A stretch of 64,000 bases of DNA from Chiloscyllium plagiosum (GCF_004010195.1 NC_057719.1:12723872-12787871); one strand, 5' to 3'; shown: positions 1 through 13,311, numbered from the stretch's first letter. Made by a program: numbers and translations. The notes: generated by a model from the letters alone, not told the origin.

Positions 1-165
1 TTCCTAGCTACCTTCCCCCAACCCACCCTCATATTTATCTCTTAGCACCTGCCCCCGCCCCCCCACAATATTCCAGATGAAGGGCCTATGCCCAAAATGT
101 CAGCTCTCCTGTTCCTTAGCTGCTGCCTGCCCTTCTGTGCTTTTCCAGCACCACATTTTTCAATT
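1..165 (+). mobile_element. Penelope-like element terminal repeat (family A), degenerate
   Basis: AGATGAAGGGCCTATGCCCAAAATGTC...GCTGCCTGCCCTTCTGTGCTTTTCCAGCACCACA matches the repeat at 14844, 17140, 28974, 54459 and 58332. Confidence 0.65.
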
Positions 166-367
166 CAAGGAGAAAAGGCCTAATTAAAACACACTGCGCT
201 ACAACAGCAACTATCCTTTGATACATCTTGCAGCAACCTTAAGATAGCCAATGCATATGCTAATTAAACTTTATTGCATAGTAAACTTTAATAGGCAGCA
301 GAACAAAGGATAGGGGCAAAGTAGTACAACAGCATTCCATTTTTGTCAGAATAAATTCCTTTGCATA

Positions 368-733
368 GGGGTTTACAAAATTAGGAGGGGCATGGATAGG
401 ATAAATAGACAGTCTTTTCCCTGGGGTGGGGGAGTCCAGAACTAGAGGGCATAGGTTTAGGGTGAGAGGGGAAAGATATAAAAGAGACCTAAGGGGCAAC
501 GTTTTCACATAGAGGGTGATACATGTATGGAATGAGCTGCCAGAGGAATTGTTCAGGTTGGTACAATTGCAACATTTAAGAAGCATTTGGATGGGTATAT
601 GAATAGGAAGGGTTTGGACGATATGGGCCAGGTGCTGGCAAGTGGGACTAGATTGGGTTGGGATATCTGGTTGGCGTGGACGGTTTGGACCGTAGGGTCT
701 GATCCATGCTGTACATCTCTATGACTCTATGAC
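368..733 (+). mobile_element. CR1/HER1-type LINE 3' end
   Basis: Encodes ...ESRTRGHRFRVRGERYKRDLRGN-F-QRV--VWNELPEE; 3' UTR ends in an ATGACTCT tail. Confidence 0.85.
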
Positions 734-954
734 AATATTACTTTGCAATGCAGTGTTTGCTGACAGTGGAAAAGATGTTTTGGGAACGGATATGGGCCAG
801 GTGCTGGCAAGTGGGACTAGATTGAGTTGGGATATCTGGTTGGCGTGGACGGTTTGGACCGAAGGGTCTGATCCATGCTGTACATCTCTATGACTCTATG
901 ACAATATTACTTTGCAATGCAGTGTTTGCTGACAGTGGAAAAGATGTTTTGGGA
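621..954. repeat. Tandem duplication, period 169 bp
   Basis: 621-785 is repeated almost exactly at 790-954 (LINE tail plus unique flank). Confidence 0.9.
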
Positions 955-984
955 TCTGGTTTGAAGAGAACCTTAAATGAAAGC

Positions 985-1115
985 AAATGAAACAAACACC
1001 AAGAACACTGGAAAAACTCAACAGGTCTGCTAGCATCTGTGGAGAGAGAAACAGTGAATGTTTCTGAAGAAGAGTCATACTGGACTCAAAATGTTAACTC
1101 TGTTTCTCTCTCCAT
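985..1115. mobile_element. Penelope-like terminal repeat (family B), partly inverted
   Basis: AAACTCAACAGGTCTGCTAGCATCTGTGGAGAGAGAAACAG followed by CTGAAGAAGAGTC-ATACTG-GACTC-AAAATGTTAACTCTGTTTCTCTCTCCA. Further copies near 2640, 8010, 9900, 12650, 17310, 24480, 28570, 46560, 53240, 55415 and 56910. Confidence 0.6.
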
Positions 1116-3721
1116 GAAAGAGAAACTCAGTTTTCCAGACTATTAGTGAAAGGCCCATTTTAATTATATGTTTTGGACAACATATTGGCAATAGCCTGAA
1201 ACTCAGCTTTAGAGCAAACATGCACATGTTTCATCTGCAAATGAAAGCTCTACACTTGACGTTGGGGTGGTTTCGATTTCAGATTGAAGATGGAGTGGGT
1301 TGAACAGTTTTTCTCTGCACTCTAGATTACCCCACATCTTTGGGAAATTTGCTGGGGATTAGGTATTGCATTGCAGTGAGGATAACACAAAAGAGGTAGT
1401 GCAGTGACACAGCCTTGTTTGGACTTCGGTGATAAAAGTTTTGCGGTCCTTCCAATGATGAGGTCCATGGCTTTAATATTATTGTGGCCTAAGCGAAGAA
1501 TGATGACAAATTCAAGAGGAACACTCTATAAGTCTTCATGGTCACCAGAGTCAAAGTCAAAGGTGAGATCCTGGAAAAAAATTGGACCATATTCCACATC
1601 TTGTGAGACTCCTCTCAAGGAAGGAAGGTATTGATGACAAAATTCAACCCCTTCCAATGGGCCCTTCCATTCTTCGCTCAACTGAGGAAATGTACTTTAG
1701 AAACCAAGTTCTGAAACACAGACCATCAGATTAAATGTTAATTCAAACACCAAAACGGCCACATTGTTTCTCTTTATTACTACATCCAGAATGAAAAAGG
1801 GAGCTTCACCAGGTTTCTTTAATAAATTCAGACTCCTGAAGCTGAAAAACCCATTGTAACAGGAGACTCCCATTCTCCCAACCTCTCAAAATGCTTTTTC
1901 CCCAAGTTTCCTCCATGCTGTGGAATAGGTTCTTGAAACCTGTCAGCACCATCTCATACTACAAGCCATTTTCCTTAAAGGTGCGTGGTTTCCTTATTCC
2001 TTTCTTCCAACGGTCAACTGGATTTAAAGCCCAATTTTAGCATTATTTAACAAATATGATTCATCCCTTGTGCTGTCCTTTGGATAGTGACTAAAATAAT
2101 AGTGTCCCTCACTACTTCAACAGACTGTACTAATGTAGCATCTTTGGCATAGAAAAACATTCAGTAATGCTTTAATTTAAACATAATATAGCAATGATCC
2201 ACATAGGATACTGTTGGGAGACTGGAAAAAGCTTTGTCAGAAGTCTTAATTCTCGGTCTTGGAGTATCTTAAAGGAAGATAGTGCAGTGAAGAAGATCTA
2301 AGAGTTGTTTAGGGCCGGTACAATTCAAGGCCCTGCTCAGCTCCATTGGTGACCACACTTTGCAGAAAATCTTCACTGTGCCTAGGAAATGTTCCAATCG
2401 GTGAATCGAGGATCCACTGGTTTATTTGTTCGTTTAACCTAATTCTGAGTCCCCTTGACACACCACCAAGCAGAGACACTATTGATGTTGTGTAACAGGG
2501 ATTTGAGTTTTAAATGAATGAAGAAACTTCAAACAGAAAATCTTAACTTTCGAAGCACATCAGCAATTTAACCCAACACAGTACAAAGTGACAAACTCTT
2601 CCCTCACCCAGCCAAAGAGATAGACGCAAATTTCAAATGAAAACAGAAATAGCTGAAGAAACTCAGCAGGTTTGACAGGATCTGTGGAAAGAGAAAGCAC
2701 AGTTCATGATTCAAGTACAGTAACCCTTCTTCAGAATGCTGAATGTTCAGAGATGTTATTACACATCTCTGGGGCAGATGGGAACTGAACCCAGTCCACC
2801 TAGCCCAGAGATACAGACATGACCAGTACATCACAAAAGCCCTCAAATCATTACTTTTTTAATCAACCTGTTCTTAGTTGTTTTAACATACCTCTAAGGC
2901 AGGTAGGAATTGAACCCAGGATTTCTGGACTAGAGGCAGGAGCATTACCACTGCACCATGAGAAACAATCATCCAATTACTGACAAGGATGGAATTTGAG
3001 CAGTAGTCTGTATGAAAAGTGGTAATTAGCACAATAACAGCATGTCCACACCATCCAGGAGCCTCAATTTATTCCACGCACTTGTTTAAATCAGGAAAGT
3101 AAGTAAGTGTGACATGCCCCGAGTTTCCCTGCATGGACCATTTCTCACTTAATGAGATTTTAAAACTGGGCGCTTACACAAATGTTGCATAAAAATAATA
3201 TTCCGCATTGTCATCATTCTAACCAGACCTGACATAATTACTATGGCCGTTTCTCCTTTAATTAGCACACTCGTAACACGGATGCAACGAGCAGCCCGTT
3301 AAAAGCAATCAGACAGCCGTGCCCAAAGAGAACAAAAAGAAAGGCCATTCAGAATAATTGGACAAGACAATGGCTTGGTCTATTCTCAGCTGGGGCTTGC
3401 CATGAAGACCTGGGCCATTTTAGCGGATACCAGCAACGCGAGTTACACAGCACATCATGACCCCTAATAAGCCCCTAATTGCTGATCTAATTCACACGCT
3501 TTCTAAAAGGAGACAACATTCCTACAACTCTATTTTAATGTTTCACTACTGGCTCCCATCTTTGACATAAAATACTGAACAGTTCCAAATATTGTTTTGT
3601 TCTCAGCACTTTGGGTTTATCTTTATTGCAAGCTCTATTTTTATGTTGATTTCTACTTTGATTCGAAATCACACAATCTTTCGATATTTTCTTAAATCGA
3701 CCTGGTCAGAGACGTTATCAT

Positions 3722-4054
3722 AGAAGAATCATAGAATCCCTACAGTGTAGAAGCAGGCCATTCAGCCCATCAAGTTCACATCAAGCCTCTGAAGAACATC
3801 CCACCCAGATCCACCTCCTACCCTTGCATTTCCCATGGTTAAACTACCTGCAGTCTGTAGGCAATTTAGCATGGCCAATCCACCAAACCTGCACATCATT
3901 GGACAGTGGGAGGAAACCTGAGCACCTGGAGGAAATCCATGCAAACACGGGGCAAATGAGCAAAACTTCTCATAGCCAGCCACGAGGGACTGGAATCGAA
4001 GCTGGGTCCCAGAGTTATGAGGCAGCAGGGCTAACCACTGAGGCACTGTGCCAC
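3722..4054 (-). mobile_element. HE1-like tRNA-derived SINE (diverged)
   Basis: Reverse strand has a GTGGCACAGTG..CAGTGGTTAGC head, GGTTTCCTCCCAC body and ATTCTATG tail. Confidence 0.8.
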
Positions 4055-4424
4055 CTTATTATGAAATACCTTTGGGTCAGGTGAGACTGGGTCTCCTGGC
4101 CCAGACATAGGGGCACTATCATTGTACCACAAGAGCACCGCCACACCCCAAGTTTAAAGCTATGCCCCCAGTCAGAAACCAGAACACTCGCCCCTCAATG
4201 TTCTGCAGGAGCAGAGGCATTTTCTCCTAGAAAGTGTGTTGAAGGAATGGCACCAAGCCTGCTGTCCTCTGAGAAGAGCAACAGAAAAAAAAGTCACGAC
4301 TAAGGAACCATCTGGCTTCCTTCTGTAGATCTTCTGGTGATCAATCATGAGGGGAAGTGAAGTTAAAAAGAAACAGACTTCCCATACAGGAAGCAGGAGA
4401 GCTGAAAACGAAGATGGAAGGGGC

Positions 4425-6035
4425 ACAGATTTTGAGGTAAGGTGCAGAAGGTTTAGAGGGGATGAATCTTTCATTCATTAGGGTGGTGGGAATCTAGAAC
4501 TCACTACCTGTAAGGGTGGTAGAGACAGAAATTCTCATAACATTTTAAGAAACGGTTAAAGGTGGATAAATACCCAGGATCTGATCAGGTGTACCCGAGA
4601 ACTCTGTGGGTAGCTAGAGAAGTGATTGCTGGGCCTCTTACTGAGATATTTGTATCATCAATAGTCACAGGTGAGGTGCCGGAAGACTGGAGGTTGGCAA
4701 ACGTGGTGCCACTGTTTAAGAAGTGCGGTAAAGACAAGCCAGGGTCTATAGACTGGTGATCCTGACCTCAGTGGTAGGCAAGTTGTTGGAGGGAATCCTG
4801 AGGGACAGGATGTACATGTATTTGGAAAAGCGAGGACTGATTAGGGATAGTCAATATGGCTTTCTGCATGGGAAATCATGTCTCACAAACTTGATTGAGT
4901 TTTTTGANNNNNNNNNNNNNNNNNNNNNNNNNNNNNNNNNNNNNNNNNNNNNNNNNNNNNNNNNNNNNNNNNNNNNNNNNNNNNNNNNNNNNNNNNNNNN
5001 NNNNNNNNNNNNNNNNNNNNNNNNNNNNNNNNNNNNNNNNNNNNNNNNNNNNNNNNNNNNNNNNNNNNNNNNNNNNNNNNNNNNNNNNNNNNNNNNNNNN
5101 NNNNNNNNNNNNNNNNNNNNNNNNNNNNNNNNNNNNNNNNNNNNNNNNNNNNNNNNNNNNNNNNNNNNNNNNNNNNNNNNNNNNNNNNNNNNNNNNNNNN
5201 NNNNNNNNNNNNNNNNNNNNNNNNNNNNNNNNNNNNNNNNNNNNNNNNNNNNNNNNNNNNNNNNNNNNNNNNNNNNNNNNNNNNNNNNNNNNNNNNNNNN
5301 NNNNNNNNNNNNNNNNNNNNNNNNNNNNNNNNNNNNNNNNNNNNNNNNNNNNNNNNNNNNNNNNNNNNNNNNNNNNNNNNNNNNNNNNNNNNNNNNNNNN
5401 NNNNNNNNNNNNNNNNNNNNNNNNNNNNNNNNNNNNNNNNNNNNNNNNNNNNNNNNNNNNNNNNNNNNNNNNNNNNNNNNNNNNNNNNNNNNNNNNNNNN
5501 NNNNNNNNNNNNNNNNNNNNNNNNNNNNNNNNNNNNNNNNNNNNNNNNNNNNNNNNNNNNNNNNNNNNNNNNNNNNNNNNNNNNNNNNNNNNNNNNNNNN
5601 NNNNNNNNGGGCATAGGTTTAGGGTGAGAGGGGAAAGATATAAAAGGGACCTAAGGGGCAACCTTTTCACGCAGAGGCTGGTACGTGTATGGAATGAGCT
5701 GCCAGAGGATGTGGTGGAGGCTGGTACAATTGCAACATTTAAGAAGCATTTGGATGGGTATATGAATAGGAAGGGTTTGGAGGGATATGGGCCAGGTGCT
5801 GACAGGTGGGACTAGATTGGGTTGGATTATCTGGTCGGCATGGACAGGTTGGACCGAAGGGTCTGTTTTCATGCTGTACATCTCTATGACTCTAAATATT
5901 TAGATACATACTTGTGATTACAAGACAGCCAAGTGTTGGAAAACAGGATTTAAAAAGTCAGGTGGTTGTTTTTGTCTGGCGCAAACTTGATGGGCTGACA
6001 AGTCTTTTCCTGTGCTGTCAGTCTCTATGACTCTT
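4425..6035 (+). mobile_element. Young CR1 LINE (4558-5894, RT region spanning an N gap) nested in an older CR1 3' end
   Basis: DKYPGSDQVYPRTL...[16 protein letters not shown] and [14 protein letters not shown]-domain motifs; 3' end with ATGACTCT tail at 5894; older CR1 sequence on both sides. Confidence 0.85.
4908..5608. other. Assembly gap (N run)
   Basis: 701 N inside a CR1 copy. Confidence 1.
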
Positions 6036-6468
6036 TGGCTGTAGGACAAATGTCCAAATTACTCTGAAAAGTAACAGTTCATCACAAGGTCCTTTGTGTT
6101 GCAAAGGGTAGAATGGTTCCGTAGTGATTTGGTATTTATTTGGTAAAATGTTTCTCACAACTGGATAAATACCCAATCACTACAGTTTCGTTCTTGGTGA
6201 ATTTGTCCAGCTGGGTATCAAGCTTGCACAGAAACCCTCATTCAATCCTCTTTATGTCTGAGTTTCTTAATTGTAGAATTTCTGTTGGTGTATAATGCAG
6301 TGCCTCTCTCTCTTTACTGGGAGAAATTTCATAATTCCATACCAGCTCGGATGAAAATTGAAAGCCTGTGATAGACGTATTGAGCAAACAGTCATAAAAC
6401 AGCAACAGAATGCTTAGTCACCCATCAGGACTATTCAAATCCATGTCACTCAGTAATCTCCTTCTTCT

Positions 6469-6768
6469 AGAGTCACAGAGTCATACAGATGTACAGCACG
6501 GAAACAGACCCTTCGGTCCAACTCGTCTATGCCAACCAGATATCCCAACCCAATCTAGTCCTACCTGCCAGCCCCCGGCCCATATCCCTTCAAGTCCTTC
6601 CTATTTATATACCCATCCAGATGCTTTTTAAATATCGCAACTGTACCAGCCTCCACCAGTTCCTCTAGCAGCTCATTCCATACACGGACCACCGGCTGCA
6701 TGAAAATGTTGCCCCTTCGGTGTCTTTTATCTTTCCCCTTTCACCCTAAATCTATGCCCTCTAGTTCT
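6469..6768 (-). mobile_element. CR1/HER1 LINE 3' end
   Basis: Reverse complement of the 3' end seen at 368-733. Confidence 0.85.
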
Positions 6769-6941
6769 TAGATTAGATTAGATTACTTACAGTGTGGAAG
6801 TTTGGCTTTAGTGGCATCAGCCTCATAAACTAACACTTGTATTCTACCAAGTATCTTACCTTTCAAATGTAACAAAACAATATGAAATCAAAACATACCT
6901 GAGCATCGTGAATAAACAGGGCTCTTCTGGGATGTCAGTGA

Positions 6942-7225
6942 TTAGATTAGATTCCCTACAATGTGAAAACAGGCCCTTCAGCCCAACTAGTCCACACCAA
7001 CCCTCTGAAGAGTAACCCACCCAGACCCATTCCCCCTAACTAATGCACCTAACTCTATGGGCAATTTAGCATGGCCAATTTGCCTAACCTGCACATCTTT
7101 GGATTGTGGGAGGAAACCCACACAGACACAGGGAGAATGTGCAAACTCTCCACAGACAGTCACCCGAGGCTGAAATTAAACACAGGTCCCTGGCGCTGTG
7201 AGAGACTGAGCCACCGTGCCACCCC
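6942..7225 (-). mobile_element. HE1-like SINE
   Basis: (ATTAG)n tail and GGCAATTTAGCATGGCC...GGAGGAAACCCAC body in reverse. Confidence 0.8.
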
Positions 7226-9043
7226 ATTTCCAAAGAAAGAATTTCCAAAGAAAGGAAAGCTAAACTAAATTCAGAATATTTCCTCAGCTTTCTGTCACTC
7301 TTCTTTCTGATTCCCTTTGCTACAGCTCCCCACCCAGCTTTTCTTTTACCTGCAGACAATGAGCAGTGCCATTTGCTAGCTGGCCAACTGTGAATGTGGC
7401 TTTCCAAAGAGACAAGCAGCTCCTAAGTTTCCCTAATGCAACTCTCTGAGATTTCAGATTCTGAATCATTGTAGCTACTCTCTCACCACCACTGCTCATG
7501 GAAATATGGTGATGGAGTCACTAACTACCTCTATTAATATTCACCAAATAGTTTGCATGATAAAGGGGTAGGGTGTGCAGGAGATAGGACACCACCATTA
7601 CAAATAGCCGCTGATTTCCAACTGCACGTGTACACCCCTCATTACATCAGGCCATTTTGTGAAACACAGACTTGATGGATATTTAACGTGGTTCTTTCTT
7701 TGGTTAGGGAGTACAATAAAATGTATTAATTCAGAAGAGATGGTAGGGTCAAGATTAATAAAATATTTGAGAACAGGAACAAGAAATTGGTAAGAGTTAA
7801 GCAAAGGGGGAATTAGGTTTGGGAGGGTTAAGTATGAGGCATAGTAAAAAGCAGATAGTTGAAATAATGGATTTGATAAAATAGTTAAAGAAGAGGCTTA
7901 GTTGGATGGTTGTATTTGAGTTTACTGTGTTTTGGGGATCAAATGGGATGCTGGATGCTGAGAAAAGTAAGGATGGAAAGTTTGGAGTTCCAAAGAAGCG
8001 TTATATTGGACTCAAAACATTAACCCTGTTTTTTCTCTCTCAGCAGATGCTGTCAGACCTGCTGAGTTCCATCAGTGCTTTCTGTTTTAATATTGGAAAT
8101 TGTGGAGGAGCTGCCTATTATTTTTCAATCTTCATTAGAAATGGGAATGGCATGAGAGAACTGGAGAATTGCAAATGTTACAAATTTATTCAGAAAAAAA
8201 GGACACCAGGATAAATCCAACGACTCTGTTGAAAACATCCAAGCAAGTTCCCCTCCAAACCACACACCATCCTGACCTGGAACACTTTGCTATTCTTTCA
8301 GTATTATTGGAATTCCCTTCCCAAAGGCACGGTGTGTGTCCCTACACCGTATGTGCAAGAGCAGTTCGAGAAAACTTCTAAGGGTGATTATGGATTGACA
8401 ACAAATGTTGGTCTAGCCAGCAATGCCCAGATATGTAAATGAATGTAAATAAAGCAAGTTAACCTAGATCGGACTTCCTAAAATGAGGTTAAAAGTTTGA
8501 AGTCGTATGTTCCGAGACAGAAATGACTGCTCTGGAGCTCTGGCCAAGTTAATACAGCTCTAACAGATAGGCCCAGCTCAAATAGCTCCAGGCCACCCCC
8601 GACCCTCACTGTTTACACTGAGGGGCTGTGGAGCCTTAAGTTGGTGTTATAGTGGGAAAGGGTTTGAGAAGTCAGACTTTGGTCATGGGCTACATTTAGA
8701 GATGATAATGTGGTCCAAAATTAACTGTCATTTGGGCAAGTGTGGGCTAATTTGGAAAGGCAGCATGGATCTGTTAAGGAAAAATCATGTTTAACCAACT
8801 TGACTGGGTTGTTTTGATGAAACAATAGTGAGCATTGATGAGTGTAATGAGGTTAAAGTGGTGCATATGATCTTTCAAAGGTGTTTGTTAAAATGCCATA
8901 TTAATGCACTGCCAGCAAAGTTGAAGTCCATGTAACATAAAATGTTTGACATGAATAGGAAGTTGACTGCATGGTGGGAGTAATGGTGAACTTTTTGCTT
9001 TCAGTCTGGAGAAATGTCTACAACTGAATTCCCCAAAGATTAG

Positions 9044-9597
9044 TGAAATTACTCCAGTATCCCATCACCAAGACGTCATACTTTCCTGACACTAACTCAA
9101 CCAGCTCAGATCTGGCTCCTAAAGTGAGCAGAACCTCTGATACTCCTGTTTATATCTGTCAGCCAGGGATCCCTGATTGGACCAGATTAACAAGGCGGCA
9201 CGGTGGGCGGCACGGTGGCACAGTGGTTAGCACTGTTGCCTCACAGCACCAAAGACCCGGGTTTAATTCCCGCCTAAGGCGACTGACTGTGTGGAGTTTG
9301 CACGTTCTCCCTGTGTCTGCGTGGGTTTCCTCCGGGTGCTCCGGTTTCCTCCCACAGTCCAAAGATGTGCAGGTCAGGTGAATTGGCCATGCTAAATTGC
9401 CCGTAGTGTTAGGTATAGGGGTAAATGTAGGGGTATGGGTGGGTTGCGCTTCGGCGGGTCGGTGTGGACTTGTTGGGCCGAAGGGCCTGTTTCCACACTG
9501 TAATGTAATCTAGAATGTAATCTAGAAAAAAACAGCCCCAATCAGGGAACTCATATTCTATGAGGTCCACCTACCTGATCATGTTCTAATCACTACA
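9044..9597 (-). mobile_element. Solo LTR inserted in an old CR1, itself interrupted by an HE1 SINE
   Basis: TG...CA termini and a 5-bp TSD ATTAG (9039-9043) / ATTGG (9598-9602). The minus strand has CCAAT then ATATAAA. CR1 sequence (CCCCAAAG|ATTGGTACTCGG) rejoins across the insertion. Confidence 0.6.
9194..9525 (+). mobile_element. HE1 SINE, full length (V-SINE type)
   Basis: GGCGGCACGGTGGCACAGTGGTTAGCAC tRNA A-box head, GGTTTAATTCCC B-box, conserved body and TAATCTA tail. Confidence 0.9.
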
Positions 9598-10109
9598 ATT
9601 GGTACTCGGACTCCTGCTTTTATTTGTCATGTGTAAATGATCCTGCAAGGATGCATGAATGTAGCGCACAATTTCAGGATTTTTAGACATCAGTAAACTT
9701 TGAAGTATTCTAAACTGTGAGGAAGACAATGATAGTCTTCTGGAGGACTTTTGACAGGCTGATACAAGGAGCTGGCATGTGTCAGATTAAATTTCATGCA
9801 GAGGTATGTGAAGTGTTATATTCCTGTATAAGGAAAAAGAAGAAAATATATAAAATAATGGAATAAAGGCAAAATACTGTGGACAGCGGGAATCTGAAAC
9901 AAACACAGAGAATACTGGGAAAAAAACTCAGCAGGTCTAGCAGCATCTGTGGAGAACGAAACAAAGTTAATACTTCATTTCTGAATAAAAGACATATCCA
10001 TACTCGAAGTGATACATTAATGGATACAATTTTGGAGTGGGTACAGGAACAGAGAAACCTAGGACATACATGCACAAATTGTTGAAGGTAGCAGGGGCAG
10101 GACATTGTC

Positions 10110-10915
10110 TAGAATGTAGCACCTACATATTGTGTCTATATTTCTGTGTAGATAATGCTATTCATACAATGTTGTCTACAATTTCTGTCTATATAGAGTA
10201 TTGCCTACACTGCTGTGTCTCTCATGTGAGCATAAAATTCATACAATGTTTTATAATGCTGTGTCTATAATGCTGTGTAATGTATTGTCTATAATGTTGC
10301 GTTAATAATGCAGGTGTATAATTTTGTATATAAAATACTGTCTATAAAGTTCTGTCTATGATATTTTGTCAATTTATCTGTGAGTGTGATATTGTGTCTC
10401 TAGTCCCATGTTTCTAATTGTTTATTGTAACGCTATGTGAATAATCTCAAATACATAACATTGTGTTGATATTTTGGTGTATGCAATGGCAAGTGGATAA
10501 TACTGTCTATAACAATGTGACTAAATTGTTTATAGGATGTCATGTCTGTAATGTTGACCCATGATGCTGTATCTAGAATGCTGTGTGTAGTATGACAATA
10601 ATGTAATGCCGTATCCATAAGAAATGTCTAGACTGCTGTATACAGGTTTGTTTGTATTACTCTGTCCATATGTTTTACTTATAATACGTGACTATAATAC
10701 ATTGTGTAGAGGTGATAATGTGTAAATAATGCTGTGCATTGTTTGTGGAATGTCAAGCAAATAATAGTATGTCTATAATTTTGTGTATGGAATATTGAGT
10801 ATAATGTAGTTCATAGCATATTATGTTTATAATGCTGTGAGTATATGTTTGTGCATATTTTATTGCATCTATAATATAGTGCAGAGAGTGTGGTGTCTGT
10901 AATACTTTTGTCTAT
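10110..10915. repeat. Degenerate AT-rich minisatellite (CTATAATGYTGTGT-like unit)
   Basis: Recurrent TCTATAATGCTGTG / TATAATGTTG variants over about 800 bp. Confidence 0.6.
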
Positions 10916-12094
10916 AAGGCTGCACATTACATGTTGCATGTGCTGTCAGCTCACTTAGATAATTGGCCAGTGTGTCGTTCACAATAACACCAACAGCCAT
11001 GGCTTTGATTCCTTTCAAGACTGTGGTACATTTAGGACTGATCCCCTCATCTGTCCCTGAGAATCTGCTAAAAAGCTGCATAGGAAAGGAACCTGCCTTT
11101 GGGGAGAGCAGGACACATGGTTCATCTATAGTGCTATGTATAGAATGGTATGCATGCAGAATGCTTACATTTGTATTGTTGCCGCTTTCATCTTTGTAAA
11201 TGCTAAGTGAAGTCTCAGAGCAACGCCTCAACTTCAGGAAATCTCCCTCTAGAAGATATTTTTTCTTTTACTTGTTTGTTTTTCTGAAGTTGGGAAACAA
11301 AAACCTTCTGAACGATCAATTTCTGTGTAGATTGAAATCTTTCTTTTGCAGCTGAAGCTGAGAGCAAATACAAACCTATCCTCAGCCCCAAAGGTGCATT
11401 GTTCCCATCATAATTGCAAATGTACTGATTGCCCCAAAATATCTGTGTGTTTCATTGGAAGGCAACTTCACTAAATAATGTGGCTAGACTCTGATGGCTT
11501 GATGGCATTTTCCTCCTGTAATATTTACTTTTTGTGTTTTCAGGCTGGAAACTAATTTTAGCTTTTGCATAACTCCTAAGAATGATTATTTCAACCTCCT
11601 TGGATGGAAACTTTTTATGTATTTCTACATTTTTGGAGTGACATGTGTGTTATAAATATTAAAATGTTCTTGCTGATGTTTTTGCTTTACGGCAGCATCC
11701 ATTAACAGTTGCTTATTTGCGGAGATGGAAAGCAGTATTCAGTCCAAGGTTAAAAGCTGCAGTCATTTTTCCCCAACGACCCACTTGTCAGTTTCAGGTC
11801 AATTTCATACATTTTAAATGGACTATGTCATGAGGAATTTCTGATTGGATCTGGATTGAGACTGATCAAACCTATTTCACTTAGGATCCTCTATACTGGG
11901 CAGACATAGGATTTTTTTGGACCATCAGTCTGGATTCAAACCCAAACCCCAAAGGTAAAGAGAGAGATTTATTGCATACGGTGTCCAATTATAAACAAAA
12001 ATCGTTGTCCCATTTGAGTTGGATTTGAAGCTTTGACATTTATGTAATTTCTCAATTAATTGTATCAACTGAGTTAGAAGCAACAAAGGGTGAC

Positions 12095-12415
12095 ATGTTG
12101 GTCGAGTGGTATTATCGCTAGATTATTAATCCAGGGATCCAACTAATGCTTGGGTTTGAATCATGACATTACAGATGGTGGAATTTGATTTCAATGAAAG
12201 TCTAGAATTAGGGGTCTAATGGTGACTATACAAGTATTGACAATTGTCAGGAAATACCCATCAGATTCATGCATATCTTTTAGAGACGGTAACTGCTGTC
12301 CTTACCTGATCTGACTTACATATGATTCCAGACCCAGAGTTATGTGGTGGACTCTCAACTGCCCTCTGGGCAATTAGGAATGGACAGCTATGCCCAGATA
12401 CCATGAATGCATTTT
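12095..12415 (+). mobile_element. Second tRNA-headed SINE family
   Basis: Head GTGGTATTATCGCTAGATTATTAATCCAG; body ...CCTTACCTG..CTG..TACA..TGA.TCCAGACCC...CTCAACTGCCCTCTGGGCAATTAGG. Related copies at about 19325-19515 (-), 33965-34295 (+), 40620-40975 (-) and 60660-60955 (+). Confidence 0.6.
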
Positions 12416-13311
12416 AAAGAAAGGAGCCATTAGAGACTGTTCTACCATTCAATTTGTGTTAACATGTACCATGTGTCACTTTGATCCTGCACTGCTTAGT
12501 ATTTTTGTCTCATAAACATTTCTCAATTTGAGTTTAGAAATTTACAGTGCGCTCCTGAGTTCCAGATTAGCATCACACTTGGTATGAAGAAGTGTTTGCA
12601 TGTGTCATCCCTGAAAGACGTGGTTCTATCATTAACCTGGAATTTAACTCTGATTCTCTCTCCTCAGATGCTGCTAAGGTTGTTGAATATTTCCAGCAAT
12701 TGCTGGTTTTGTTCTTGACTCTAAAGTTATGCTCTTTGCCCTTGACTGCCCTCCAGACAAAACAGTTTTCTCCATCCACTCTTAAATCCTTTAACTGTCT
12801 TAAACACTTCAAACAAATCATCTATTAAGTTGCAGGGGAGCTGCATAACTGGAATGCTTGGCTTCTTGTTAATTAACTGATGAGCCAGATCACAGAGGGA
12901 ATATATTGATGCTAATTGTTTTCAACTATGAAGGTCAGTTCCTGAACACAGCTACAAGAGGCTGCCAATGTACTTTTAACAAAAAGCATAAATCAACGAT
13001 TAAGCAAGAAAAGTAGTTTGAACTAGACAAAAGATTGGAAAGATTTCACTACAGACATAATAAAAACATTCAACTTTATACTCGCCTGTTTGTCACAACA
13101 ATACCTTCACAAACACTCGAAACTCAGTGAAGAGTCAGTATCATCTAATCTTGATGAGACTCAGGCTGATACAGCTTCAACTGGTTTCCATTCAGTGAAT
13201 TTTGTTATGGGAAGTAAGGAGTCATTAGCTGACAGGAGAAAGGGAAGAGGACCAACACACTACCATCTCCTATAACTTACTGCTTAGAGAAAGACTGCTA
13301 AGGATGATACA

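Noticed and set aside
4756..5815. Long ORFs of 243-306 aa
   Set aside because: Artefacts of translating through the N gap inside a CR1.
9194..9275. tRNA genes at SINE heads
   Set aside because: The A/B boxes belong to HE1 SINE heads that continue into SINE body and tail.
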